A DNA stretch of 64,000 nt from Candidatus Micrarchaeia archaeon (GCA_041648335.1 JBAZPG010000003.1:10605-74604), one strand, 5' to 3'; shown: positions 26,142-35,418, counted from the first letter of the stretch. Notes: a model not told the origin generated them from the sequence alone. Numbers and translations: made by a program.

Positions 26142-26348
26142 ATGGGCAGTCAAAAAGGAAAACACGTTAACACGGCGGCAAAGGCGCTCATCGAGGAGTA
26201 CCCCGACAAGTTCTCCGTGTTGTTCGACGAGAACAAGAAGCGCCTCACCGAACTCGAGGCAGTGGATTACTCCAAGGAAGAACGCAACAAACTCGCCGCC
26301 GCGATTACCAACCGCATCAAGGCGCGCAAGCCCCGCGAAACGGTTTAA
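26142..26348 (+). CDS. rps17e: 30S ribosomal protein S17e
   Basis: MGSQKGKHVNTAAKALIEEYPDKFSVLFDENKK matches the S17e N-terminus (..AKELIEKYPDKFT.DFE.NKK). The ATG at 26142 lies inside the longer ORF of the track. Confidence 0.8.
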   Translation: MGSQKGKHVNTAAKALIEEYPDKFSVLFDENKKRLTELEAVDYSKEERNKLAAAITNRIKARKPRETV

Positions 26349-27772
26349 TAGCCCTTCGCAAAGTACGCCGTATGCTCTCCCTTTTTCCCGCAATAGGCGC
26401 ACTTCCCGCCGGGCTTCGAGTCCCGCGGTAGGAGGCGCAGCGTGGCGCCCGTCTCTTCCTTTACCGCCTCTTCACAGCGCGCGTCCCCGCACCACTGCGC
26501 CTTCGCGAAACCCTTCTTGAACTCGACCGCCTCGCGTAATTCCGTCAAATCGTTCACTTCAAAAGTGTGTTCGGAGAGGAACGCGCGTGCGCGCGCGAGC
26601 AGGTTAGCTTGTATTTCAGTCATGAGTTTCGCAGCGAACGCGTTGACTTGGGCGTCGGGCACGAACTCCTTCTCGAGGGTGTCGCGGCGCGCCATCGTGA
26701 CGCCCGCCAAGGCGAGGTCCTTCACCCCGATTTCCACGCGCAACGGCACGCCTTTGAGTTCCCACTCGTTGAACTTCCAGCCGGGGGTGCGTTCGGAGTC
26801 GTCCACGAACACGCGGAACCCCGCTTCCTTGAGGGCGTGCTCGTGGCGCCTCGCGGCGAGCGTGGCGAGCGCCTTGTCTTCCTCGTTCTTGTAAATCGGG
26901 ACTATGACTAGCTGGATTGGCGCGAGCTTCGGCGGGAGCACGAGCCCGCGGTCGTCTCCATGCATCATGACTAGCGCGCCGATTAAACGGGTGGAGATGC
27001 CCCACGAGGTCTGCCAGGCGTATTCCTCGCCGCCAGTCGAGGTCTTGTACTTGATGTCGAACATTTTCGCGAAATTCTGCCCGAGCAAATGGCTCGTGCC
27101 GCACTGCAACGCCTTGCCGTCCGGCATGAGCGCCTCGATTGTGCAAGTGTAGTCCGCGCCCGGAAACTTCTCAGCGTCGCTCTTTCGTCCCTTGAGCACC
27201 GGGAGGCAGAGGAGTTCTTCGCAGAGCGAGGCGTACCAGTCCAGCGCGTCCGCGACTTGTTTTTCCGCCTCCTCGCGCGTGGCGTGCGCAGTGTGCCCCT
27301 CCTGCCAGAGGAACTCGCGCGTGCGCAGGAACGGTTTGAGGGTCTTGGTGTCCCAGCGGATGATGTTGCACCACTGGTTCACCTTCAACGGCAGGTCGCG
27401 GTGCGAGGAAATCCATTTCGCGAACAGCGTGTACATTATGGTTTCGCTAGTGGGACGCAACGCAAGCGGTTCCGCCAAGTCCTCGTTTCCGCCGCGCGTC
27501 ACCCACGCCACCTCGGGCGAAAATCCCGCGAAGTGCTCGGCTTCCTTTTCGAGGAGCGAGGCTGGAATGAACATCGGGAAGTAGGCGTTCTCCACGGCGT
27601 CCGCGCTGAAGCGCTGGTTGAGGTAATCCTGTATGCGTTCCCAGGCGTAATACGCGCGGGGGCGGATGCACATGCAACCCTGGACCGGGGTGTAATCCAT
27701 CAAGCCCGCCTTCTGGACGAGTTCAATGAACCACTCCGAGAAATCGGATTCCTTCTTGTGCTCGAGTGCCAT
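26345..27772 (-). CDS. proS: Prolyl-tRNA synthetase (archaeal/eukaryotic type)
   Basis: 475 aa; FSEWF...LRPTSETIMY...FLRTREFLWQEGHTAH...SWGISTRLIG and a C-terminal Zn-type tail CAYCGK. Confidence 0.92.
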   Translation of the reverse strand: MALEHKKESDFSEWFIELVQKAGLMDYTPVQGCMCIRPRAYYAWERIQDYLNQRFSADAVENAYFPMFIPASLLEKEAEHFAGFSPEVAWVTRGGNEDLAEPLALRPTSETIMYTLFAKWISSHRDLPLKVNQWCNIIRWDTKTLKPFLRTREFLWQEGHTAHATREEAEKQVADALDWYASLCEELLCLPVLKGRKSDAEKFPGADYTCTIEALMPDGKALQCGTSHLLGQNFAKMFDIKYKTSTGGEEYAWQTSWGISTRLIGALVMMHGDDRGLVLPPKLAPIQLVIVPIYKNEEDKALATLAARRHEHALKEAGFRVFVDDSERTPGWKFNEWELKGVPLRVEIGVKDLALAGVTMARRDTLEKEFVPDAQVNAFAAKLMTEIQANLLARARAFLSEHTFEVNDLTELREAVEFKKGFAKAQWCGDARCEEAVKEETGATLRLLPRDSKPGGKCAYCGKKGEHTAYFAKGY

Positions 27773-27867
27773 GACTAGATTGGAGGGCGAATCTTCTTTA
27801 AACCGTTTCCCCAGTGAACGCCAACCGAAGGCAGTAGGCTTTAAACCGCAGCGAAACTAATGCGTTC

Positions 27868-29160
27868 ATGAACAAAGCGCTCCTCTTGGTTTTCGCCTCG
27901 CTCGCCTTCGCGGGTTGCCTTGACGACGGAGCGGGCCCGTCGGGCGCGCCGCTCGGCGTATTCGAACTCCATTGTTACACGAACGCACCCTTGAACCCTG
28001 GCTTCGCGCGCGTCACCCAGGCGAACGGCATAGGCGTTACGCAGTGCGTTGTCAAGAACGGCGTTGATGCTGGAAACTACATTTTCTCGGTGGAGATACC
28101 TGAGTGGAGCGAGAAAGCCGAGCAGACGGTTTACCTAGCGGAGAACGAGGTGCGTTCGCTGGACTTCACGCTCACGTTCAAGAACAAGTTCTATGACAAC
28201 CGTGAGTTCCAACCCGTAACCGTGCGTTACGCCGCGGAAAAGGACGGCACGACGATATACACTGAGACGCAGGCGGCGAACGTGACTTCGGGCACCCAGA
28301 TGATTTTCGGAGGCGTAGTCGAGAACGAGACGTTCTTCTTCCCGTTCGTCGCCGTCCAGTGGGTTACCCCGAACGACCCCTGCATCGAGGGCGTGATAAG
28401 CGCGGCGAAAGAACTCATGCCGGGGCGCGCGTTCTCGGATTACCAGGGTTACGCGGGAAAGAGCGACGAGGAGAAGGCCGCACTCACCATGGAGCAGGCT
28501 AAGGCGGTTTACGACACCCTCCAGGCGCACGGCATGTCGTACGTCAACAGCGTGGGCACCTTCGGGGACCCGACGCTCTTCTCGCAGAACGTGCGCCTCC
28601 CGCACGAGTCGCTCGCCACCAAGAACGCGAACTGCATTGACGGCACCGTGCTCTACGCCGCGGTATTCGAGAAGATAGGCCTCGAACCCATAATCATAAT
28701 CGTGCCCGGGCACGCCTTCGTCGCGGTGCGCAACGACCGGAACAGCTCGAGCGTGACATTCATCGAGACCACGGCGACCGGCACGAAGAGCTTCGAGGAG
28801 GCGGCGTACTCCGCGGAACAGACTTACTTCGAGCAAATCGAGGGCATGCAGGCGGGAGACAACGCGAGCATGGCGGTTACAATAGACGTGGCGGTTGCGC
28901 GCTCGCTGGGAGTCGCGCCCTTCCCCGCCACGAACTCGCAGTGCGAAGTGAACATCACCGTGCCCTCGTACTCGCCGGGTTACACGCCGGACTATTCGCC
29001 CGCGATGCCCACGATGACGTGCAGCGACGGCACGGGGAACTACCAGTGCTCAACCACGCAGCCGCTCGCGTGCATCGGTGGAATACTGTTCCCGGACTGC
29101 TTTGACTGCGGATGCCCTGCCGGCTCGTTCTGTTATTACGACGGGAGCTGCTACAACTAG
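27868..29160 (+). CDS. Predicted lipoprotein with transglutaminase-like Cys-His core and Cys-rich C-terminal module
   Basis: Lipobox-like LAFAGC at the N-terminus. NCIDGTVLYAAVFEKIGLEPIIIIVPGHAFVAV resembles a transglutaminase/cysteine-protease core. The tail TCSDGTGNYQCS...CIGGILFPDCFDCGCPAGSFCYYDGSCYN is Cys-rich. Confidence 0.55.
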   Translation: MNKALLLVFASLAFAGCLDDGAGPSGAPLGVFELHCYTNAPLNPGFARVTQANGIGVTQCVVKNGVDAGNYIFSVEIPEWSEKAEQTVYLAENEVRSLDFTLTFKNKFYDNREFQPVTVRYAAEKDGTTIYTETQAANVTSGTQMIFGGVVENETFFFPFVAVQWVTPNDPCIEGVISAAKELMPGRAFSDYQGYAGKSDEEKAALTMEQAKAVYDTLQAHGMSYVNSVGTFGDPTLFSQNVRLPHESLATKNANCIDGTVLYAAVFEKIGLEPIIIIVPGHAFVAVRNDRNSSSVTFIETTATGTKSFEEAAYSAEQTYFEQIEGMQAGDNASMAVTIDVAVARSLGVAPFPATNSQCEVNITVPSYSPGYTPDYSPAMPTMTCSDGTGNYQCSTTQPLACIGGILFPDCFDCGCPAGSFCYYDGSCYN

Positions 29161-29211
29161 TTTTTAGAATAAGTAGGTCGTCCACCCGACAAGGCCGCGG
29201 TCGCTTGCGGG

Positions 29212-29778
29212 CTATTTTAGTTTGCAACCGAAATCCCGCGCTAAAAATTCGATGAACTTCTTGGTTGCGAGGTATTCTTCACCCAAACACAACTCCTTGG
29301 AGTCCGGCAGGTAAGTGTCTTCGCCGACCTGGTAGATGCTGATTAGTTTTTCTATGTCAAGTTTTCCTTTTCCGATTGCTATTTCGGCAAGCCTCAGCAC
29401 GCCCTTCGCTGAAATGACGCAGAGTTTGTCCGCATCGAAAAGCAGTTTCTCTTCAATCGTTTTCGCAGCACACTTTCCTTGCCACGGCTTCATGTGGTTC
29501 TCAATTAGTTCAACTGCGCGGTCCGTCTTAGCATAACCAAATTCGTTTAACAATTTTTTAGCTTGAACTGCGGAATTCTCGGCGTGTTTTGAGCGGTCGG
29601 ATTGGTCGCAGTCGTGCAACAACGCGACTATTTCTACAAACTCCCGGTCTCCGCCGTAGGTTTCCTGTAACTTGAGCGCGTACCTGCGCACTTCGTCCGC
29701 GTGCGCCCATCCGTGACTCCAATCATCGGAATAAATCCGAACCGCCACTTTTTCGATTTTTTCAACTAAAGAAGTCAT
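29212..29778 (-). CDS. HD-domain phosphohydrolase
   Basis: HGWAHADEV ... ALLHDCD gives the H..HD signature. 188 aa, with lower GC than the neighbours. Confidence 0.7.
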   Translation of the reverse strand: MTSLVEKIEKVAVRIYSDDWSHGWAHADEVRRYALKLQETYGGDREFVEIVALLHDCDQSDRSKHAENSAVQAKKLLNEFGYAKTDRAVELIENHMKPWQGKCAAKTIEEKLLFDADKLCVISAKGVLRLAEIAIGKGKLDIEKLISIYQVGEDTYLPDSKELCLGEEYLATKKFIEFLARDFGCKLK

Positions 29779-29780
29779 TA

Positions 29781-32723
29781 TTACGCCTTCGAGTACTTGG
29801 CGAGCACCGCGTCGCCCAACTCGGGGATTTCCACGCGGACTTCGTGTTCACCCTTCGGCGCCTTCACGCACTCCGCTTCAAGCGCGCCCACGGATTCCGC
29901 GAGCCCGGCTAACTCGGGGCCGGAGTACTCCACGCGGATGCGGTCCGCGACGTTAAAGCCGTTCTCCTTGCGGGACGCCTGCACCGCGCGGCTCACCTCG
30001 CGGAGCAAGGCGATTTGCTTCGAGCGCGCGTCCATCTTCGAGTCGATTGCAACCGCGCCGCCGTCGAAATCCTTGCCCGCCGCAGCCGCATCGTATTCCA
30101 CTGCGAGCGCGTTGTTCGCGTTCGCGAGCACGCCCCCGAGCACGGAAACGAGGCGTTCCGCCTTCTCGCCGGAAACCGAGAGCTTCCTGAGGGGCCAGCG
30201 GAGCTTGTGGTTCGCATCCTTGCGCAACGCGTGCGACGCCTCGGTGGCGCGCTGGGCGAGAACCATCAACTCCTCCAATTCGGAATCCACGAGCGCGGCA
30301 TCCGCCGTCGGGTAACTCGCGTAGTGCACGCTCTCCTTGCCTCCGAGTTCCAAGTGGATTTTCTCGGTGACGAACGGACAAATCGGCGCGAGGAGGCGGT
30401 TCACGCGGTCGAGCACGTAACGCATCGTGCGCGCCGCCTCGGCGTCGCCGACGCTCGCGCGGTCGCGGGCGAGTTTGACGTACCACCGCGAGTAATCATT
30501 GAGTATGAAATCCACGAGCTTGCGCCCCGCGTGATGGAACTCGAACGCCTCCAAATGCGCGGCGACTTCGCGGGCGAGCGTGTTCACGCGCGAACAAATC
30601 CACTTGTCCTCGACCGCAGCGGGCTTGAACCCCGCGTCCGGCGCAGCCAAGCCCGCGGGCGCGTACGCCTTGTAGAATTGGAAGGTGTTCCAGTAGACGT
30701 TTAGGGCGCGCCCGATTTCGCGTCCGGTTGCGAGCGAGAACTTCTGGACGTCCCACGGCGCGATTTCCCAACAGTAATACAGGCGGATGGCGTCCGCGCC
30801 CAACGCGTCGATGCCGTCCGCGGCCCAGATGACGTTGCCCTGGCTCTTGCTCATCTTCTCGCCTTTCTCGTCCACCACCCAACCCATCATGGCGACGCGC
30901 TTGAAAGCGGGCTTCTCCAAGGCGGCCTGGGCGGCGAACGCGAGGGTGTAGAACCACCCGCGCACCTGGTCCTGGGACTCGTTGATCAAGTCCACCGGGA
31001 ACATGGATTCGAAGAGCTCGCGGTTCTTGTAAGGGTAGCCGAGGGAAGCCCACGGCGCTATGCCGGAGTCGAACCACACGTCGAACACGTCCGGCACCCG
31101 CGTCATCTTGCCCTTGCAGGCGTGGCACTTCAAGGTAACCGAGTCCACGCTGTGGCGGTGGAGGTCGGTTAGTTCGCCGGGGTCCCTGCACGCGCGGGCG
31201 CGCAATTCGTCCAAGCTGCCGATGACCTCGAAGCGGTTGCAGTTCTTGCACGTCCAGATTGGCATGGGAATCGCCCAATAGCGCTGGCGCGAGATACACC
31301 AATCCGAACTGTTCTCGAGCCAGTTGCGGAACGCCTCCTTCCCAAACGCAGGCATCCAATCCGTTTTCTCGTTGTTCTCGAGGAGCGCCTCCTTGATGTA
31401 ATCCACCGAAAGATACCACTGCTTGCTCAAACGGAAGATTAGCGGCGTCTTGCAGCGCCAGCACAGCGGATAAGAGTGAACGGCGCGCTCGGCGTGGAGG
31501 AGCTTGCCCTCGCGTTCGAGCAAGTCGATTATCGGCTGGTCCGCGTCCTTCACAAACATGCCTTCGAAGCCGTTCACCACGCGCGCGAACTTACCCTGTT
31601 CGTCCACCGGGGAAGCCGCGGGCAAACCGTAGTGCACGCCGACATAGTAGTCGCTCGAGCCGTGTCCGGGCGCGCAGTGCACGATGCCCGTGCCGTCCGC
31701 CATGGTGACGAACTCCTCGAACTCCTCGTTCTCGGTGTTCGTGAGCTTGTGCTTCTTGTACTTCTTGTTCTTGAGTATCGGGACGCTCGCGTACACGCGA
31801 TGCGCCTTGTGCCCGAGCATCTTCTGCTGGTCCACCGCGAGCAGGGGCTCGTACTCGCGCCCCTCGAGCTTGGAGCCCTTGAACTCCTCGACTATCTCGT
31901 AATCCAAATTCAGTTTTTCCTTGAACACGCGTTCGACGAGCGCCTTAGCGAGGATGTAAGTTACGCCGTTCACGCGCGCCCGCACGTAAACCTGTTCGGG
32001 GTGCACGAAGAGCGCGACGTTCGCGGGAAGGGTCCATGGCGTGGTCGTCCACACCAAGAAGAACTCATCGGCGTCTTTCGCCTTGAACTTCAGGTAAACC
32101 GAGGGGTCGCTCACGTCCTTGTAGGAGTCGCTTACCTCGTAGCCGCTCAACACTGTTTCACACTTGGGGCACCAGTGCGTTGGGGACTCGCCCTCGCGGA
32201 GCAAACCCTTCTCGTGCATGTGCTTGAGGGTCCACCACGCGCTCTCGATGTAATAATTCTTGTAAGTGAAATACGGCTCGAAGTAGGCGCGCCAGGCGCC
32301 GAGGCGGCGGTAGTAATCCATCCACGCTTTCTCGTTGTCGAGTATCTTGGATAGGCAGGCGGCGTCGAACTTCGCGATGCCTATGCGCTCGATGTCCTGC
32401 TTGGTGGTTACGCCGAGTTCTTTCTGCACGACTACTTCGACGGGCAACCCGTGGCAATCGAAACCCGCCTGCAAGTGGCAGTCAAAGCCCGTCATGTACT
32501 TGAAGCGCGTCCACACGTCCTTGCACGCCGTGGTTTTCACGTGCCCCACGTGGGCGGCGGCGTTGACATAAGGCGGGCCGTCGAGGAGGAAGAACTTCTT
32601 CGCGCCCTCGCGGTGCTTGGACAAGTTCTGGGGGACTTGCGCCTCGTCCCAATAAGTCCTGACTTCCGCTTCTATTTTCTTGGAGTCGAACGGTTCCAAA
32701 ATCCACCAACTACTCGGTTTCAA
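29781..32723 (-). CDS. ileS: Isoleucyl-tRNA synthetase
   Basis: Class I motifs: a HIGH-type motif (AAAHVGHV), GFDCHGLPVE, WCISRQRYWAIPMPIW and KMSKSQGN. The start (TTG 32723 or a nearby downstream TTG) is uncertain. Confidence 0.88.
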   Translation of the reverse strand: MKPSSWWILEPFDSKKIEAEVRTYWDEAQVPQNLSKHREGAKKFFLLDGPPYVNAAAHVGHVKTTACKDVWTRFKYMTGFDCHLQAGFDCHGLPVEVVVQKELGVTTKQDIERIGIAKFDAACLSKILDNEKAWMDYYRRLGAWRAYFEPYFTYKNYYIESAWWTLKHMHEKGLLREGESPTHWCPKCETVLSGYEVSDSYKDVSDPSVYLKFKAKDADEFFLVWTTTPWTLPANVALFVHPEQVYVRARVNGVTYILAKALVERVFKEKLNLDYEIVEEFKGSKLEGREYEPLLAVDQQKMLGHKAHRVYASVPILKNKKYKKHKLTNTENEEFEEFVTMADGTGIVHCAPGHGSSDYYVGVHYGLPAASPVDEQGKFARVVNGFEGMFVKDADQPIIDLLEREGKLLHAERAVHSYPLCWRCKTPLIFRLSKQWYLSVDYIKEALLENNEKTDWMPAFGKEAFRNWLENSSDWCISRQRYWAIPMPIWTCKNCNRFEVIGSLDELRARACRDPGELTDLHRHSVDSVTLKCHACKGKMTRVPDVFDVWFDSGIAPWASLGYPYKNRELFESMFPVDLINESQDQVRGWFYTLAFAAQAALEKPAFKRVAMMGWVVDEKGEKMSKSQGNVIWAADGIDALGADAIRLYYCWEIAPWDVQKFSLATGREIGRALNVYWNTFQFYKAYAPAGLAAPDAGFKPAAVEDKWICSRVNTLAREVAAHLEAFEFHHAGRKLVDFILNDYSRWYVKLARDRASVGDAEAARTMRYVLDRVNRLLAPICPFVTEKIHLELGGKESVHYASYPTADAALVDSELEELMVLAQRATEASHALRKDANHKLRWPLRKLSVSGEKAERLVSVLGGVLANANNALAVEYDAAAAGKDFDGGAVAIDSKMDARSKQIALLREVSRAVQASRKENGFNVADRIRVEYSGPELAGLAESVGALEAECVKAPKGEHEVRVEIPELGDAVLAKYSKA

Positions 32724-32787
32724 ACAAAAGGCTGCGGCGCAACCACTGAGAAAGCGTTAACGGCCGAAAGCCCCTTTGTAAACAAGA

Positions 32788-32841
32788 GGGCGGACCTCAT
32801 TAAAAAGCATTCGTGACAACCAATAAAAAACAGGTCCGCCC
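32788..32841. repeat. 10-bp inverted repeat (GGGCGGACCT ... AGGTCCGCCC) bracketing a 34-nt A/T-rich spacer
   Basis: Read directly. It lies in the divergent ileS / HEAT-NTase intergenic region. The spacer contains TATA-like ATTAAAAAG and AATAAAAAA. Confidence 0.7.
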
Positions 32842-32852
32842 GTAACTAGTCC

Positions 32853-34391
32853 ATGCCACTGCTGCGGGTTTCGCCAATCGGGGAACGCGAACGCAGGTTG
32901 CGCGAGGAAATCACCGCGTCCGGCGTGAAACCGCGCTTGACCTTCTTGTTCCCGTTGAGCCGCGACAGGCAGTCGGCGCTCGACTTGCTCACCGCCGAAA
33001 CCCCCAATCTCGAAACCGCCCAACGCTTAATCAACGAGTCGAGCGATCCGCACGTGCTCGCCGCCGCGTTGCTTATTCACCCCAAAGAGGAGGCTTCCCT
33101 TAAAAAAATCAAACAACTACTTGAGCACCCGGACTGGCGGGTGCAACAAGCCGCCGGACAAGCAATCGCAAACCACTCCAAAACAACAAAAAAAGAACTA
33201 AACGAACTACTCGAAAATCCGATTGAGGACGTACAAGTAGCCGCCGCACAAGCAATCGCAAACCACCCCGAAACAACAAGACAAGAACTAAAAAAACTAC
33301 TCAAACACCCGTACTGGCAGGTACAACGAGCCGCCGGACAAGCAATCGCAAACAACCCCGAAACAACAAGACAAGAACTAGAAAAACTACTCGAACACCC
33401 GAACGGGTGGGTGCAACGAGCCGCCGCACAAACACTCGGAAACTACCCCGAAACAACCAAACAAGAACTAGAAAAAGTACTCAAACACCCGTACTGGTGG
33501 ATGCAACAAGTCGCCGCACAAGCAATCGCAAACCACCCCGAAACAACAAGACAAGAACTAGAAAAACTACTCGAACACCCGATCGGGGGCGTACAAGTAG
33601 CCGCCGCAGAAGCAATCGCAAACCACCCCGAAACAACAAGACAAGAACTAGAAAAACTACTCGAACACTCGCACGGGTGGGTGCGACGAGCCGCCGCACA
33701 AACACTCGGAAACTACCCCGAAACAACAAGACAAGAACTAGAAAAACTACTCGAACACTCAGACTGGTGGGTGCGACGAGCCGCCAGACTAACAATAATG
33801 AAACGATTCGGCGACTCCCGCCCGCTTTACTCCAGGAAAACATTATTCGCAACGGGTTACCCTAAAGAATTGTTAACGCGCCTCAAGAAACTCGATGGAA
33901 TCGTCCGCCAACTCAAGGTAAAATACGGGGATGACTTCACCGGGGTAACTGTATTCGGGAGCACGAGCAAGGGTTATGTCACTCCGGAAAGCGATTTGGA
34001 TTACGCGGTAATCGCCCGAAACCCGAAGGCACTGGAAAAATTCAAAAAACGGGCAGAAAATCTCAAACTGAAATTATGCCACGAATATTACGTGCACCCC
34101 GAGGAAACGGGAGAACCCGCGAATGCATTATTCCGCGGTTTGTTCATCGGCGACCACAAGCAGCTCAGGCAAGCGCAACGAAAAATAATACAGAGAATAA
34201 GCCAACCCGAATGGAACCGGATAGTGAACAGAATACGTGAAACCGAAAAAAACCTCGGAAAAGCCGACCAACGATTCGGCTTAACCAGAGAAGAATCATT
34301 GAAACTCCAACTCGCCGCGGAACTCGCCCGCGTCCCACCTGAAGACATCGAGGAAATGCGCCGCCTGATGAAAGCCAGGAAAGCGGCTTAA
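32853..34391 (+). CDS. HEAT/PBS-lyase-type repeat protein fused to a Pol-beta-superfamily nucleotidyltransferase domain
   Basis: Eight 30-aa repeats ETTRQELEKLLEHPxxWVxxAAAQAIANHP, then VFGSTSKGYVTPESDLDYAVI (GS-x-DxD NTase motif). Confidence 0.7.
   Translation: MPLLRVSPIGERERRLREEITASGVKPRLTFLFPLSRDRQSALDLLTAETPNLETAQRLINESSDPHVLAAALLIHPKEEASLKKIKQLLEHPDWRVQQAAGQAIANHSKTTKKELNELLENPIEDVQVAAAQAIANHPETTRQELKKLLKHPYWQVQRAAGQAIANNPETTRQELEKLLEHPNGWVQRAAAQTLGNYPETTKQELEKVLKHPYWWMQQVAAQAIANHPETTRQELEKLLEHPIGGVQVAAAEAIANHPETTRQELEKLLEHSHGWVRRAAAQTLGNYPETTRQELEKLLEHSDWWVRRAARLTIMKRFGDSRPLYSRKTLFATGYPKELLTRLKKLDGIVRQLKVKYGDDFTGVTVFGSTSKGYVTPESDLDYAVIARNPKALEKFKKRAENLKLKLCHEYYVHPEETGEPANALFRGLFIGDHKQLRQAQRKIIQRISQPEWNRIVNRIRETEKNLGKADQRFGLTREESLKLQLAAELARVPPEDIEEMRRLMKARKAA
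33091..33810 (+). repeat. Tandem 90-bp coding repeats (about 8 copies)
   Basis: The core AAACAACAAGACAAGAACTAGAAAAACTACTCGAACAC recurs identically at 33361, 33541, 33631 and 33721. Close variants occur at 33181, 33271 and 33451. Confidence 0.9.
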
Positions 34392-35338
34392 GCGTATTCG
34401 ACGCGGTCGATTATCCCCCCGCCAACGAGCAAGTCGCCTTCGTAAAAGCCGGCAACCTGCCCTGCAGCCGGAGCCCACAACGGCGCCAACGGCGTGACGC
34501 GCGTGCCCTCGACGCGCGCACGCACGGTTTCCTGCTTGTGGCGCACGATTAAATCCACTTCCTCCGGACAGGGGCCGTGGAGGTTCAAGTCGCGGACAGT
34601 GAGCGAGGAACAGAACAGTTCCTTCCGCTCCGCCAAAAAAACCTCGTTCCTCTCAACGTCGATTGCCTTCACGAACAAGCGCTTGGAACCGAAGCCGTGG
34701 CGTTCGCCCACGCAATAGAACCACGCGCCCTCGTGTTTTCCAACGATTTTGCCGTCGTACACGAATGCACCTTCCTTCACGGGCAGGCGTTGCCGCAGGA
34801 ACGAGAGGCGCGAGGAAGCGAAACACAAGTCCTGGCTCTCGCCGCCGCGCCAATCCAGTGCTTGCTTGACTTCGTTTTTCTTCTTGTCGCCCATCGGAAA
34901 GAGCAGGAAGGGCAGCGCCTCTTTCTTCACCAACGAAAACGCGTACGACTGGTCCTTGCGCGCGTCAAGCGCCTTGTGCACGCGCCCGTTTTCAAGGCGC
35001 GCGTAATGCCCGGTCGCGAGGCGCTCGCACCCGCGCCTGCGCGCCTCCTCGAGCAGCCAGCCGAACTTGATGTCGCGGTTGCAGGACAGGCAGGGGTTCG
35101 GGGTGCGACCCTCGGAATACTCGCGAACGAATTCTTCGGTTACGCGCGCGAAGCGCTCGCGACAGTCCACCGCAACCCATTCCAAGCCGAGCGAACGGGC
35201 GCGCTCGCCCGCCTCGGCAACGGGCACGCGTTCGTGCAGGTCGAGGGTGACGCACAACACGCGGTGTCCTTCCTTCTGCAGGGCGAGCGCGGCGGCAGTG
35301 CTGTCCACCCCCCCACTGTAGCCCACTGCTATTTTCAT
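34388..35338 (-). CDS. mnmA: tRNA-specific 2-thiouridylase MnmA-like
   Basis: SGGVDST PP-loop, RTPNPCLSCNRDIKF, ATGHYAR, KDQSYAF, ESQDLCF, and C-terminal QVAGFYEGDLLVGGGII. Confidence 0.8.
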   Translation of the reverse strand: MKIAVGYSGGVDSTAAALALQKEGHRVLCVTLDLHERVPVAEAGERARSLGLEWVAVDCRERFARVTEEFVREYSEGRTPNPCLSCNRDIKFGWLLEEARRRGCERLATGHYARLENGRVHKALDARKDQSYAFSLVKKEALPFLLFPMGDKKKNEVKQALDWRGGESQDLCFASSRLSFLRQRLPVKEGAFVYDGKIVGKHEGAWFYCVGERHGFGSKRLFVKAIDVERNEVFLAERKELFCSSLTVRDLNLHGPCPEEVDLIVRHKQETVRARVEGTRVTPLAPLWAPAAGQVAGFYEGDLLVGGGIIDRVEYA

Positions 35339-35385
35339 CAGGTTGTCTTGGACGGACGCGAATAAAATCCCGGCGGGGGAAAAGG

Positions 35386-35395
35386 TTAATTAAAT
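35386..35395 (+). promoter_or_regulatory. TATA-like box for pyrG (leaderless spacing)
   Basis: TTAATTAAAT is centred ~28 nt upstream of the ATG at 35419. A second box (AATAAAAT, 35361-35368) is placed equivalently for mnmA on the other strand. Confidence 0.45.
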
Positions 35396-35418
35396 GCGCG
35401 CGGGACAGTTGTTTCCTT

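Noticed and set aside
33091-33810. Regular 90-bp repeat array considered as a possible CRISPR array
   Set aside because: The period is 90 bp with no alternation of conserved repeat and unique spacer. The whole unit is conserved and in frame as a HEAT-like protein repeat, and there are no cas genes nearby.
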